Origin: Burkholderiales bacterium
GTDB taxonomy: Bacteria; Pseudomonadota; Gammaproteobacteria; Burkholderiales; JACQAP01
Length of the DNA: 52,327 bases
Direction: 5' to 3'
NCBI GenBank assembly: GCA_046590325.1
Contig: JBKJUC010000103.1
Location: 1-52,327, forward strand
The number at the start of each line of letters is the position of its first letter. Position 1 is the stretch's first letter. Below are positions 1 through 8,482 of the stretch, in pieces. The translations under genes and the position numbers were made by a program. The notes under the pieces are model-generated. The model saw nothing but the letters and a program-made list of their open reading frames with translations. It searched no databases and was not told the origin of the DNA.

Positions 1-1
1 G

Positions 2-169
2 GCGATCGCCGCGCCGTTTGCGTACTCCATGGAGCGCTTTCCGCAGTTCAACGCGTATCTGCGGGTGGCGTCGGGACTGCTCTCGGTGGGTTTTGGATTG
101 TTCCTGATTTATTACATCGGTTATGTGGACGGCCTGTTCGTGCCCGGATCCCTGCCGCAGGCGCAATGA
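2..169 (+). CDS. C-terminal fragment of a probable nickel/cobalt transporter (NiCoT/UreH-like membrane protein), truncated by the window edge
   Basis: Frame +2 reads AIAAPFAYSMERFPQFNAYLRVASGLLSVGFGLFLIYYIGYVDGLFVPGSLPQAQ* (stop 167-169). The hydrophobic helix and the ASGLLSxxFGL...IGxVDGLF tail resemble C-termini of high-affinity nickel-transport proteins, from recall. Confidence 0.6.
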   Translation, partial: AIAAPFAYSMERFPQFNAYLRVASGLLSVGFGLFLIYYIGYVDGLFVPGSLPQAQ

Positions 170-240
170 GCCCACATCGTAAGACGAATAGATTAAATAT
201 TAAGACATTGAAATATAAACGCATTTGTGGCGTCGCAGCA

Positions 241-269
241 TTGACGCGTTTTCATTCGCAAGTTAGATT
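241..269 (+). promoter_or_regulatory. Putative sigma70 promoter
   Basis: TTGACG (241-246), 17-nt spacer, TAGATT (264-269), preceded by an AT-rich tract (185-220). Confidence 0.5.
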
Positions 270-275
270 CCCAAC

Positions 276-878
276 ATGTTGAAAGATGGGAGCGGGCCGC
301 AACGTACGGCCCGGATGGCGACGCTGAAAGGCTTCGGCCTAGGCGTCCTCGTGGTGGGGTTGATCGGCATTGTCGTGTTCGCGGTCATTCGCGAGAACGT
401 AAAGCCGGCCGAGCCGATAGTTGAAGCGAATGCGAGTTTCGTAGGCGGACTCAGCCAGCATGCCCACGAAACAACAGCGCTGAGCCCGGAAGAGGAGTCT
501 TATGCCACTGCACTCTGGCCGATACACAGCGAAGTGAAGCTGGCGGCCGTGCGCATGATATTCGCGGGCCTGGCGTACAAGACGGAAGATCACAACGCGA
601 AGAAACTCAGGGCCAAGGTCCAGCCGCTGACGAAAACTTTCGAAGATGCAGGTATCCGGGTGAGGAAGATCAAGCCGCCCGCCGCCCTGCAGGAAGCCCA
701 CAACAGTTATGTCGAGGCCGTGAAACTGTATTCCTCGGCAACGCGTGAAATGATCAAGGTCGCGGATGACGGCAAGGACGAGCACCTCATCCTGGCCCAG
801 CAGCGCAGCGAGCAGGCTTCGCTGGCCATCCTCAAGTTGAGTGATGTCCTGTGGCCGGGCGAATACAAGCCGAATTGA
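276..878 (+). CDS. Hypothetical membrane-anchored helical protein
   Basis: 200-aa ORF with one N-terminal TM segment (GLGVLVVGLIGIVVFAVI) followed by amphipathic helices. Alternative start ATG at 315. Confidence 0.75.
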   Translation: MLKDGSGPQRTARMATLKGFGLGVLVVGLIGIVVFAVIRENVKPAEPIVEANASFVGGLSQHAHETTALSPEEESYATALWPIHSEVKLAAVRMIFAGLAYKTEDHNAKKLRAKVQPLTKTFEDAGIRVRKIKPPAALQEAHNSYVEAVKLYSSATREMIKVADDGKDEHLILAQQRSEQASLAILKLSDVLWPGEYKPN

Positions 879-963
879 TTCAAGATTTTCCGGGCCGGTA
901 TGGGAGTGTCGGTCTGAAAAGAAGCTGTAAATAAAGTACTTCCAACGTCAAGGAGGGGTAAAA

Positions 964-1968
964 ATGAAAAGCAGCATGAAAAAAGCTCTCGTCGCCGTCG
1001 GCCTCGCCGCCGTGGCAACGCTGGCTGCGCCGGTAGCGCAGGCGCAGTCGTACTCGGTCTGGCTGGTTGAAAACAGCCGCTTCATGAACGTGCCGTACGG
1101 CGCCTTCATGCCGGATCGCGTGTTCGTTCCCGGCAGCACCAGCAAGATGAACAACATCAATACGGTCGATCTTCCCGTGAACGTCGGCGTCATCAAGGGC
1201 ACGGTCAACGGCAAGACTGAGGTGATTCTGGCGGATGCGGGCTGGAAGCAGCAGGACTACCTGAAGATGACCGGCAGCGACCACTACTCTTCCGTGGTCG
1301 ATCAGCTCAAGCTGCTGGGCATTTCCGCAGGCCAGGTCACCAAGATCATCGTCGGCCACGGCCACTGGGACCACGCCGGCAGCCTGAGCGATTTCCCGAA
1401 CGCGGTGCTCTACATCCAGAAGAAGGAACTGGAAGGCATCGAGTGGGCGATCAACTATCCGCATCCCCGCATCAGCGCCACCAACGTCTCGCCCGGCGGC
1501 TGCGCCCGTACCCCGGCCTGCGGCTATCCACCGAAGACGCTGGATGAAATCTACGGCAAGGTCCTCGCCGGCAAGGCTATGATTGTCGACGGCGAAATGG
1601 AAGTTTTGCCCGGCATCAACATCCACCCGGCGCACCATGCCCATACGGCCGGCTCGCAACTGATCGAAGTGAAGACCGGCACATCGGTTGGCACACTCGT
1701 GTTCGGTAGCGACGTGTACTCCTCCTGGCAGGGCATCCGCGACTGGATGATGGCCAATCCGCAAAGCAGCGCGGATACCGCCCAGCAGTTTCTGGCCTAC
1801 GAGAAGTGCTACAAACTGACCGGCGGCTACAACAACTGCATCTCCGGCCATGAGCCGACGTCCTACACAGCCGACTACCCAATCACCAAGAACGCCTGGG
1901 TCGGTGCCAACGGTGCGCGGCTTGCGGAAATCACGCTGGCCCCTGGCGAAAGCTCGAAGAAGAAGTAA
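964..1968 (+). CDS. Secreted MBL-fold metallo-hydrolase, N-acyl-homoserine-lactonase-like family
   Basis: Strong RBS (AAGGAGG), signal peptide ending AQA, HGHWDH (HxHxDH) motif, HTAG, GSD and GHE downstream metal-ligand motifs. Confidence 0.85.
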   Translation: MKSSMKKALVAVGLAAVATLAAPVAQAQSYSVWLVENSRFMNVPYGAFMPDRVFVPGSTSKMNNINTVDLPVNVGVIKGTVNGKTEVILADAGWKQQDYLKMTGSDHYSSVVDQLKLLGISAGQVTKIIVGHGHWDHAGSLSDFPNAVLYIQKKELEGIEWAINYPHPRISATNVSPGGCARTPACGYPPKTLDEIYGKVLAGKAMIVDGEMEVLPGINIHPAHHAHTAGSQLIEVKTGTSVGTLVFGSDVYSSWQGIRDWMMANPQSSADTAQQFLAYEKCYKLTGGYNNCISGHEPTSYTADYPITKNAWVGANGARLAEITLAPGESSKKK

Positions 1969-2005
1969 CAGCCAGACGGTCAGTATCTGATCTGGTAGTT
2001 ATTGG

Positions 2006-2040
2006 ACGAGGAGCCGGGATTCCCGGCTCCTCGTTTGTTT
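2006..2040 (+). terminator. Intrinsic terminator-like hairpin after the MBL gene
   Basis: 13-bp stem ACGAGGAGCCGGG/CCCGGCTCCTCGT followed by TTGTTT. Confidence 0.6.
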
Positions 2041-3244
2041 GTCCGGGCAACAAATCTTGCTTTTATCGAATCGAATACTTCGTGCGATTGCCGCTGTCGT
2101 GCTCCTGGCCGGAGCCGGCACCGCCGGTGCGCATGATCCCAGTGCATACGGTGGATTATTCCGTACGCGCGATTTAGGCGGTGTCTGGCTTAACGCCGAC
2201 GTGGGTCTGTTCCTCGGCGGCGCGGTCTCCCTTGCCATCAGTCCCGCCGATCCCAACCACCTTCTGCTGGGTACCGATTCCTCGCTGCTCGTTTCGCGCA
2301 CTGGCGGACGGGACTGGAAGCGAGAAGCTCCGGACACGCTGTTCGGGGCCGTCTTCGCGGCCACCTTCCTGGCCGACGGAAAGACCGCCTTGTGCTCCAC
2401 GCCGGGAGGCATTTTCCGATTCGACGGCGGCAAGTGGCAGCAGGCAACCGCTCCACCCGAGGCGGCACCGTCACGGGCCATGGTAATCGGCGCCGATCCG
2501 CAGCGCATCTATTTGATTGGACGCCGCGATTTCTTTCGCAGCGAAGACGCCGGGATAACCTGGGCTCGCGTCGAGAACGATCTGGCAGACCGGCCTGAGT
2601 TCACCGCGCTAGTGATCGAGTTGCGGGGCAAGGAAACGCTGTACGCGATCGCCGATGGGCGCCTGTTCGCCAGTCAGGATCGGGGTGCCAGCTGGAGACC
2701 GCGTACCAATGGACTGCCCGATGCGGCCACTATCGAGGCGATTGCCGTAGATGTGGATACCGCAGGTCGATTGTGGGCGGCTGCCGCAGATCGCATCTAT
2801 CTCAGCAACGATGGCGGCGTAAGCTGGACTGCGGTAGGCCAGCCGCTTCCTGAAGCGGGCACCAACGTTCGCAACATCGCTGTGGGTGCGCAAGGTGTGA
2901 CCCTCGTGCTGGCTACACATCGCGGTCTTTATCGCAGCACGGACGGCGCCCGCATCTGGGGAGTGATTGAAGGCAATCTGCCCGTGCATCTGGAAGCGCG
3001 GCCCTTGGTGCGCGATGCGTCGCATGCCGGCACGATCTACGCCGGTTATGCCCTCATGCCTTACAGCGAAATCTGGCGCATCGCAGTCGAAGGCGGCAAT
3101 CTGCTTGACCGGATCGACCCCATCAATCTTGCCGGCGCGGCCGCCTTCATGGTGTTGTTGTGCCTCGGTGGATATTTTTTCACGCGCTGGCTTATCCGCC
3201 GGCGCGATGGCCCCTACGGACCCGTTCGGAACGCAGTCAAATGA
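2039..3244 (+). CDS. BNR/Asp-box (YCF48-like) beta-propeller with signal peptide and C-terminal TM anchor
   Basis: Repeated SxDxGxxW boxes (TRDLGGVW, SRTGGRDW, SEDAGITW, SQDRGASW, SNDGGVSW, STDGARIW), signal peptide ending AGA-HDP, C-terminal TM plus RRR. Start codon uncertain. Confidence 0.85.
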   Translation: MSGQQILLLSNRILRAIAAVVLLAGAGTAGAHDPSAYGGLFRTRDLGGVWLNADVGLFLGGAVSLAISPADPNHLLLGTDSSLLVSRTGGRDWKREAPDTLFGAVFAATFLADGKTALCSTPGGIFRFDGGKWQQATAPPEAAPSRAMVIGADPQRIYLIGRRDFFRSEDAGITWARVENDLADRPEFTALVIELRGKETLYAIADGRLFASQDRGASWRPRTNGLPDAATIEAIAVDVDTAGRLWAAAADRIYLSNDGGVSWTAVGQPLPEAGTNVRNIAVGAQGVTLVLATHRGLYRSTDGARIWGVIEGNLPVHLEARPLVRDASHAGTIYAGYALMPYSEIWRIAVEGGNLLDRIDPINLAGAAAFMVLLCLGGYFFTRWLIRRRDGPYGPVRNAVK

Positions 3245-4239
3245 AAAGTCAGGCTGGCTCGATAAAATCCCTCAAGTTTGGCGCGATCTTCGTCGTTGTG
3301 GTCGTTTCCGCAGTCGCTGCGATAATGGTGTGGCAGCGCTCGTCCGGGCCAACTGCCGCGGATGTTGTGGAATATCCGATGACGGATCAGCGCGACACGC
3401 CGACCGCGCTGGCTGTTGCCGCCGACGGGACGGTCTGGTTTACCATCGATTTTGCGGCAGCCATCGGCCGCGTGCGTGATGGCAAGGTGGAACGCCTGCC
3501 GAAGCCGCGTACCAGTCTCGAGCCTGTAGGAATCGCGGTCACCGCGGACGGCGCGGCCTGGTTCACTGATTCCGAGGCGCGCCAGGTGTCGCGCATCGCG
3601 TCTTCCGGCGAGATATCGTCGATCACGATCGAAACGCCAGTGGCACGGCTGGGCAAGATCGCGGCCGCTCCGGACGGGTCGGTCTGGTTCACGGAGGCCA
3701 CCGCCTACAGCATCACGCGTGTCAGGGATGGCAAGCTGCAGCGGAACGTGATCGAATCGATTCGTAGTGGACCGCTTGGCGTCGCTGTCGGCGGCGACGG
3801 AACGGTCTGGGCAACCCTGCAAAGCGGAAACCAGCTGCTTCGAATCGCCGCGGACGGCAAGATGCAGACTTTCGACATTCCCACCCGGAACAGCTCACCG
3901 GCTGACATCGCGGTTGGTCCGGATGGGGTCGTCTGGTTTCTCGAGTTCCGCGGCAACAAGGTCGGGCGATTTGCCGGGGGGAAATTCGAGGAATTCCAGG
4001 TGGGCGAGCAAAGCGCCGGCCTGACCGGCATTGCGGTGGCGCCGGATGGGGCCGTCTGGTTCGGGATGCTGCGCAACGGCAGCCTTGGTCGCCTGCGCGA
4101 TGGAAAAATGCGCGAATTCAAACTGCCCCGCGAAGGCGCTCGCCCCTACAGCGTTGCCGCCGACGCCGCAGGCAATATCTGGTACACGGATATCAGTGGA
4201 TATGTGGGGATGCTGAAGGCGAGTGCCGCCAGGAAGTAA
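3241..4239 (+). CDS. Vgb-like seven-bladed beta-propeller, N-terminally membrane-anchored
   Basis: Seven repeats of PxxIAvxxDGxVWFT. ATG at 3241 overlaps the upstream TGA (ATGA). N-terminal TM segment. Confidence 0.85.
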   Translation: MKSQAGSIKSLKFGAIFVVVVVSAVAAIMVWQRSSGPTAADVVEYPMTDQRDTPTALAVAADGTVWFTIDFAAAIGRVRDGKVERLPKPRTSLEPVGIAVTADGAAWFTDSEARQVSRIASSGEISSITIETPVARLGKIAAAPDGSVWFTEATAYSITRVRDGKLQRNVIESIRSGPLGVAVGGDGTVWATLQSGNQLLRIAADGKMQTFDIPTRNSSPADIAVGPDGVVWFLEFRGNKVGRFAGGKFEEFQVGEQSAGLTGIAVAPDGAVWFGMLRNGSLGRLRDGKMREFKLPREGARPYSVAADAAGNIWYTDISGYVGMLKASAARK

Positions 4240-4255
4240 GCGGCACTGACGCAGC

Positions 4256-4345
4256 AAAGAGGTTAAAGGTTAAAGGTGAAAGTGAAAACCAAGAGCTTTT
4301 AGATCGCTCTCACTTTTACCTTTTACCTTTTACCTTTTACCTTTT
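4256..4345. repeat. Palindromic element with 7-bp tandem arms (AAAGGTT / TTTTACC)
   Basis: Left AAAGAGGTTAAAGGTTAAAGGTGAAAGTGAAA; right TCAC(TTTTACC)x4 TTTT. Lies between convergent genes. Confidence 0.8.
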
Positions 4346-4359
4346 CGCTTTGAAGCCGG

Positions 4360-5286
4360 CTACGCCAGCGAGCGGAGCAAGCGGATGGCGTTGAAGCTGA
4401 GAACGACGCCGACCACCACGATCAGCAGCGACGTGCCGACCTGCAGGCGCATGGCCCAGACGCCCGCGAGCCAGTCGAGGATCTTCGAGCCGACTTTCGC
4501 GGCAACGACACCGACGACCACCAGCGTCGTGGCGAAGCCGATGCTGAACACCACGGCCATCGTCATTCCGAGCATCACCTTGCCTTCCGCAAGAGCGGCC
4601 AGAAGCAGGCCAAGCGCCGCGGGATCGGGCAGCAGGCCACCGGCAATGCCGAGCCAGATCAGGATCCAAAGGCTAGGGCGATTCGTCGTAGCCAGTTTCA
4701 GATCATGCGTGTGCTTGAAGCCCCAGCCGTGCGAATGCATGCCGCCTTCCTCATGATCGTGCGCGTTGGCATGGGCATGGTCGTGAGCATGAGCATGGCT
4801 GTGATCGTGCGCATGAGTATGAGTTGCCCCCTGCGCCGCAATCGGCCGGTAACGCAGCGCTGCATCTCTCTCGCCATGCGAATGCTCGGCGCCGTGATCG
4901 TGACCGTGACCGTGATCGTGATCGTGGCCGGGACCGTGATTGTGCGCGGCCGCGGGAGGCAGCCCCTGCAGTTGCAACAGCATTTCGCGCTGCGTCCATA
5001 GGGTCCACAGGCCGATGCCAATGACCAGGATGCCTGTGATCAGCGCCAGCCATGCCTCGATGCGTTGCGGGACCATCCCCGGCAGGCCCAACGATGCCAG
5101 CACGCCGACCAGGATGATGCCGCTGGTGTGCGAGAGCGTGACGAAGACACCCAGGATCACCGCATCGACAGGCTTGCCACGCGCGCCGACGATGTAAGCA
5201 GCGGCAATGGTTTTGCCATGCCCCGGAGTTGCGGCATGCACCGCGCCGATCCAGAAGCTGGTCGCGAGATAAATCAGGGTGTCCAT
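4360..5286 (-). CDS. RcnA-like nickel/cobalt transporter with His-rich loop
   Basis: HAATPGHGKT signature, SHTSG motif, long His/Asp-rich central loop (HNHGPGHDHDHGHGHDH...HSHGWGFKHTH), about six TM segments. Confidence 0.85.
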   Translation of the reverse strand: MDTLIYLATSFWIGAVHAATPGHGKTIAAAYIVGARGKPVDAVILGVFVTLSHTSGIILVGVLASLGLPGMVPQRIEAWLALITGILVIGIGLWTLWTQREMLLQLQGLPPAAAHNHGPGHDHDHGHGHDHGAEHSHGERDAALRYRPIAAQGATHTHAHDHSHAHAHDHAHANAHDHEEGGMHSHGWGFKHTHDLKLATTNRPSLWILIWLGIAGGLLPDPAALGLLLAALAEGKVMLGMTMAVVFSIGFATTLVVVGVVAAKVGSKILDWLAGVWAMRLQVGTSLLIVVVGVVLSFNAIRLLRSLA

Positions 5287-5384
5287 GGGGTGCGGCGGTT
5301 CCTGCGGAGGATGTTGTTATCGTTATCGGGGGCGAGAATAGGTGCCGCCCCCAGCCATGTCAAGACAAGCGGCCGGGGGCGCCG

Positions 5385-5448
5385 AGTGGTTGGTGGCCGG
5401 TGAAAAGCGGTTAAGGCGCCAGACACAAGCGACTAACCACCAACCACT
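5385..5448. repeat. Short palindromic element with 7-bp tandem arms
   Basis: AGTGGTTGGTGGCCGGTG ... ACTAACCACCAACCACT. Confidence 0.55.
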
Positions 5449-5587
5449 GACCGATTCGTAGCGGAGCTCTCGGCTCGGCTGCGAATCGGTTTACACTTAC
5501 ACCCCCCCCCGGTCCAAACCGGATGCGCGGGTCGCCTGCATCGGGCGTGCCGCAGCAAAAACCGAAACCATATCGGAGGAGATCAGG

Positions 5588-7033
5588 ATGCGACGGATTC
5601 TGGTGCTTGCGTCGCTGCTGGCCTTTTGCGCTGGCGCGGCGGCCGAGACGCACAAGGGCTATCAGGCCTGGACCAACGGCGACTTCAAGACCGCCGTCGA
5701 GGAATTCCGCCAGTCCGCCGAGCAGGGTGATCCGCTTGCGATGTTCTATCTTGGCGAGGCCTATTACAACGGTCGCGGTGTCGTGCAGGATTTCGCCGAA
5801 GGCATCAAGTGGTATTCGCAATCCGCGGAGAAGGGGCAGGTCGAGGCGCAGGAAACGCTCGGCGGCCTGTATTTCTTCGGCAAGGGTGTAGCGCAGGACC
5901 ACGCGCAGGCGGCGAAGTGGTATGCGCCGGCGGCGAAGCAGGGCAAGGTCTATCCGCAGTATCTCCTCGGTTACCTGTACGACCAGGGCAAGGGCGTCGC
6001 GCAGGATCATGCGCAGGCCGCCGAGTGGTACCGCAAGGCCGCCGAACAGGGCAACGTCGATGCGCAGGAAAGCCTGGCTTCGCTGCTGTTCTTCGGTCGC
6101 GGCGTGAAACAGGATTACACCGAAGCGGCGAAGTGGTATCGCAAGCCCGCCGAGGAAGGCCGCGCCTATCCGCAGTATTTGCTTGGCTGGATGTCGGAAC
6201 AGGGCCGCGGCGTGCAGCCGGATCCCGCGGAAGCGGCGAAGTGGTATCGCAAGGCGGCGGACCAAAACGATCCGCGCGCGCAGGCGAGCCTCGGTTTTCT
6301 CTATTCCTCGGGCAAGGGTGTCGCGCAGGATCCCGCCGAAGCGGTGAAGTGGTTGCAGAAAGCCGCGACGCAGAACGAATCTTCCGCTTACTCGAGCCTG
6401 GCCTGGGCCTACTACCAGGGCAAGGGCGTGACCGCCGATCCCGTCGAAGCGGCGAAGTGGTTCCGCAAATCGGCCGACGAAGGCGACGCGCAGGCGAAGT
6501 ACATGCTTGGCTATTTATATGAGGACGGCAAGGGTGTGACCGCCGACGGCAACGAAGCCGCCAAATGGTACAAACAAGCAGCGCAAGCCGGTGTGGCCGA
6601 AGCGCAGGAAAGTCTTGGCGCGCTCTACTTCTTCGGCAAGGGCGTGGCGCAGGACTACTCGGCAGCGGCGAACTGGTATAAGGCGCCCGCCGAGAAGGGC
6701 AGCACCTACGCGCAATACCTGCTCGGCTATCTTTATGAAGAGGGCAAGGGCGTCGCGCAGGATTCCGCGGCTGCTGCGAAGTGGTACTCGCTCGCAGCGG
6801 AAAAGGGCGATGCGCGCGCGCAAAGCCATCTCGGCTGGATGCTGTGGGAAGGCAAGGGCGTGCCCCAGGATTCCGTGAACGCCTACATGTGGTCCAATAT
6901 CGCCGCTTCCCAGCTTTCAGGAGAAGAGGGCGATCGCGTCGGCAAGGTCCGCGATTTCATCGCTTCCAGGCTGCAGCCGGACCAGCTCGCCAAGGCCCAG
7001 GAACAGGCCCGCAACTGGCAGCCAAAAAAATAG
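5588..7033 (+). CDS. Secreted SEL1-like repeat protein (11 repeats)
   Basis: RBS GGAGGAG, signal peptide, eleven 36-aa AQxxLGxLYxxGxGVxQDxxxAxKWYxxAAxxG repeats. Confidence 0.92.
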   Translation: MRRILVLASLLAFCAGAAAETHKGYQAWTNGDFKTAVEEFRQSAEQGDPLAMFYLGEAYYNGRGVVQDFAEGIKWYSQSAEKGQVEAQETLGGLYFFGKGVAQDHAQAAKWYAPAAKQGKVYPQYLLGYLYDQGKGVAQDHAQAAEWYRKAAEQGNVDAQESLASLLFFGRGVKQDYTEAAKWYRKPAEEGRAYPQYLLGWMSEQGRGVQPDPAEAAKWYRKAADQNDPRAQASLGFLYSSGKGVAQDPAEAVKWLQKAATQNESSAYSSLAWAYYQGKGVTADPVEAAKWFRKSADEGDAQAKYMLGYLYEDGKGVTADGNEAAKWYKQAAQAGVAEAQESLGALYFFGKGVAQDYSAAANWYKAPAEKGSTYAQYLLGYLYEEGKGVAQDSAAAAKWYSLAAEKGDARAQSHLGWMLWEGKGVPQDSVNAYMWSNIAASQLSGEEGDRVGKVRDFIASRLQPDQLAKAQEQARNWQPKK

Positions 7034-7045
7034 TGCTTAGATCTT

Positions 7046-7079
7046 GAATCACAGAGGGGATCCGTGTCCTCCGTGGTTC
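7046..7079. repeat. Collapsed remnant of the 9-bp-unit palindromic element
   Basis: GAATCACAGAGGGGA directly adjacent to TCCGTGTCCTCCGTGGTTC, between convergent genes. Confidence 0.5.
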
Positions 7080-7084
7080 AAGGT

Positions 7085-8266
7085 CTAAGTTTTAAGGCGG
7101 TATTTCTTTAGTATTTTCGGATCGAGCTCGATGCCGAGTCCGGGCGTATCGGGCAGTTCGATCTCGCCCTTCTTGTCAACGTTGAAGGGCTCTTTCACCA
7201 GTTCAGTCATCAATGCGTGCGCGGGATAGACTGTCTCGGCCATCGAGCCGTTGCGCACCGCGCCCAACAGATGCACCGCGGCGGCGACTGCGACTGCCGA
7301 ACCGTGGATGTGCGGCGCGATCGGCATGTTCGCTGCCTGCGCCATGTGCGCGATCTTCAGCGTTTCGGTGAGTCCGCCGGCCCAGGCTACGTCCGGTTGC
7401 ACGAAATGCACGGCGCGCGCCTTGATGTAGTCGTTGAAACCGACGATGCCGTAGCTGCAGGTCTCGTAGCCCGCGATGGCAATGCCGACCTTGGCCGTGA
7501 CTTCCACGCTGCCAGCGATGTCGTCCGGCCACACTGGTTCTTCGTACCAATAGATGTCGTACTTCTCCATCGCGCGGCCCATTTTGACGGCGGTGGTGAC
7601 GTCCCAGGCGCCATTGGCATCGACCATCAGTTTCACATCCGGGCCGATGGCATCGCGCACCGCGGCGACGCGCTTTAAGTCGTCAATCAGCGACACTTCG
7701 CACTGACCGCGGCTATCCATGACTCGTAGTGGTGACAACTCGATGCCGGGATTGCGCCCGACCTTCATCTTCACCGCGCGGAATCCGTGTCTGACGTAGG
7801 ACTCCATCTCTCGCGCCAGTTCCTTGATGCCCTTTCCTTCGGAGTAGAAGCCGCCTGTCGCGTAAGCGGTTACTCGCTTGCGATATCCGCCAAGCAGTTG
7901 CCACAGCGGCATGCCGGCGATTTTTCCGCGCAGATCCCACAGCGCGATGTCGATGCCGCTGATCGCCGCGATGACGATGCCGCCGCGAGCGTGCTTGTAA
8001 GCGCGCCGGTGCATCATCTCCCACAAGTACTCGATCTGGCGCGGGTCTTGTCCTATCAAGTAGTTGCGCAACTCATGCTCGATGACTTGTGCGGTGGAAG
8101 CCATCGGGCCGCCGAAGTGCGCGGCTTCGCCCAACCCGACAAGGCCCTGATCCGTTTCGACTTCGACGAGCAGCGCCGGCTTCGTCGCCATCGTGTAGTT
8201 GGCATCGAACACCGGTTTGGGAAGCTTGACTTCGACAGGAATGGTGCGGACGTCGGTGATGCGCAT
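7085..8266 (-). CDS. Mandelate racemase/muconate lactonizing enzyme family (enolase superfamily)
   Basis: AISGIDIALWDLRGK motif, KMKVG, metal ligands in MVDAN / YEEP / AGYE, C-terminal PGLGIELD. Confidence 0.92.
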   Translation of the reverse strand: MRITDVRTIPVEVKLPKPVFDANYTMATKPALLVEVETDQGLVGLGEAAHFGGPMASTAQVIEHELRNYLIGQDPRQIEYLWEMMHRRAYKHARGGIVIAAISGIDIALWDLRGKIAGMPLWQLLGGYRKRVTAYATGGFYSEGKGIKELAREMESYVRHGFRAVKMKVGRNPGIELSPLRVMDSRGQCEVSLIDDLKRVAAVRDAIGPDVKLMVDANGAWDVTTAVKMGRAMEKYDIYWYEEPVWPDDIAGSVEVTAKVGIAIAGYETCSYGIVGFNDYIKARAVHFVQPDVAWAGGLTETLKIAHMAQAANMPIAPHIHGSAVAVAAAVHLLGAVRNGSMAETVYPAHALMTELVKEPFNVDKKGEIELPDTPGLGIELDPKILKKYRLKT

Positions 8267-8402
8267 GAAAAAAATCTCCTCCGAATTATTTTTTTGTTGT
8301 CGCCCGCCGTGATGTTGCCAATCAGCGATTGCGTTGCTGAATATTTAGGCGGCCCTAACGAGAGGATAGGCGCCAGCACGGGTTTGCGCAAAATGCCGCG
8401 CG

Positions 8403-8437
8403 CCATCCACAAGGTTATCCACAGAATCTGTGGATAT
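8403..8437. promoter_or_regulatory. Cluster of DnaA-box-like 9-mers
   Basis: Perfect TTATCCACA at 8415-8423; inverted TGTGGATAT at 8429-8437 (1 mismatch); CCATCCACA at 8403-8411 (2 mismatches). Confidence 0.5.
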
Positions 8438-8482
8438 TTTTATGGCATGATTTTCGAAAAGTTCCGCGCGCGCTGCGCGATG

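Noticed and set aside
964-1968. Metallo-beta-lactamase antibiotic resistance gene
   Set aside because: The motif pattern (HxHxDH, bridging Asp in GSD, GHE) fits the lactonase-like branch, not class B beta-lactamases.
3241-4239. Streptogramin B resistance gene (vgb)
   Set aside because: Fold is similar but the protein has no His, so it lacks the catalytic base, and it is membrane-anchored.
5287-5587. NiCo riboswitch or RcnR operator upstream of the RcnA-like gene
   Set aside because: I could not identify the four-way junction or an operator by eye; an Infernal search would be needed.
8403-8437. Replication origin
   Set aside because: Only three boxes, no extended AT-rich unwinding repeats and no origin-linked genes.
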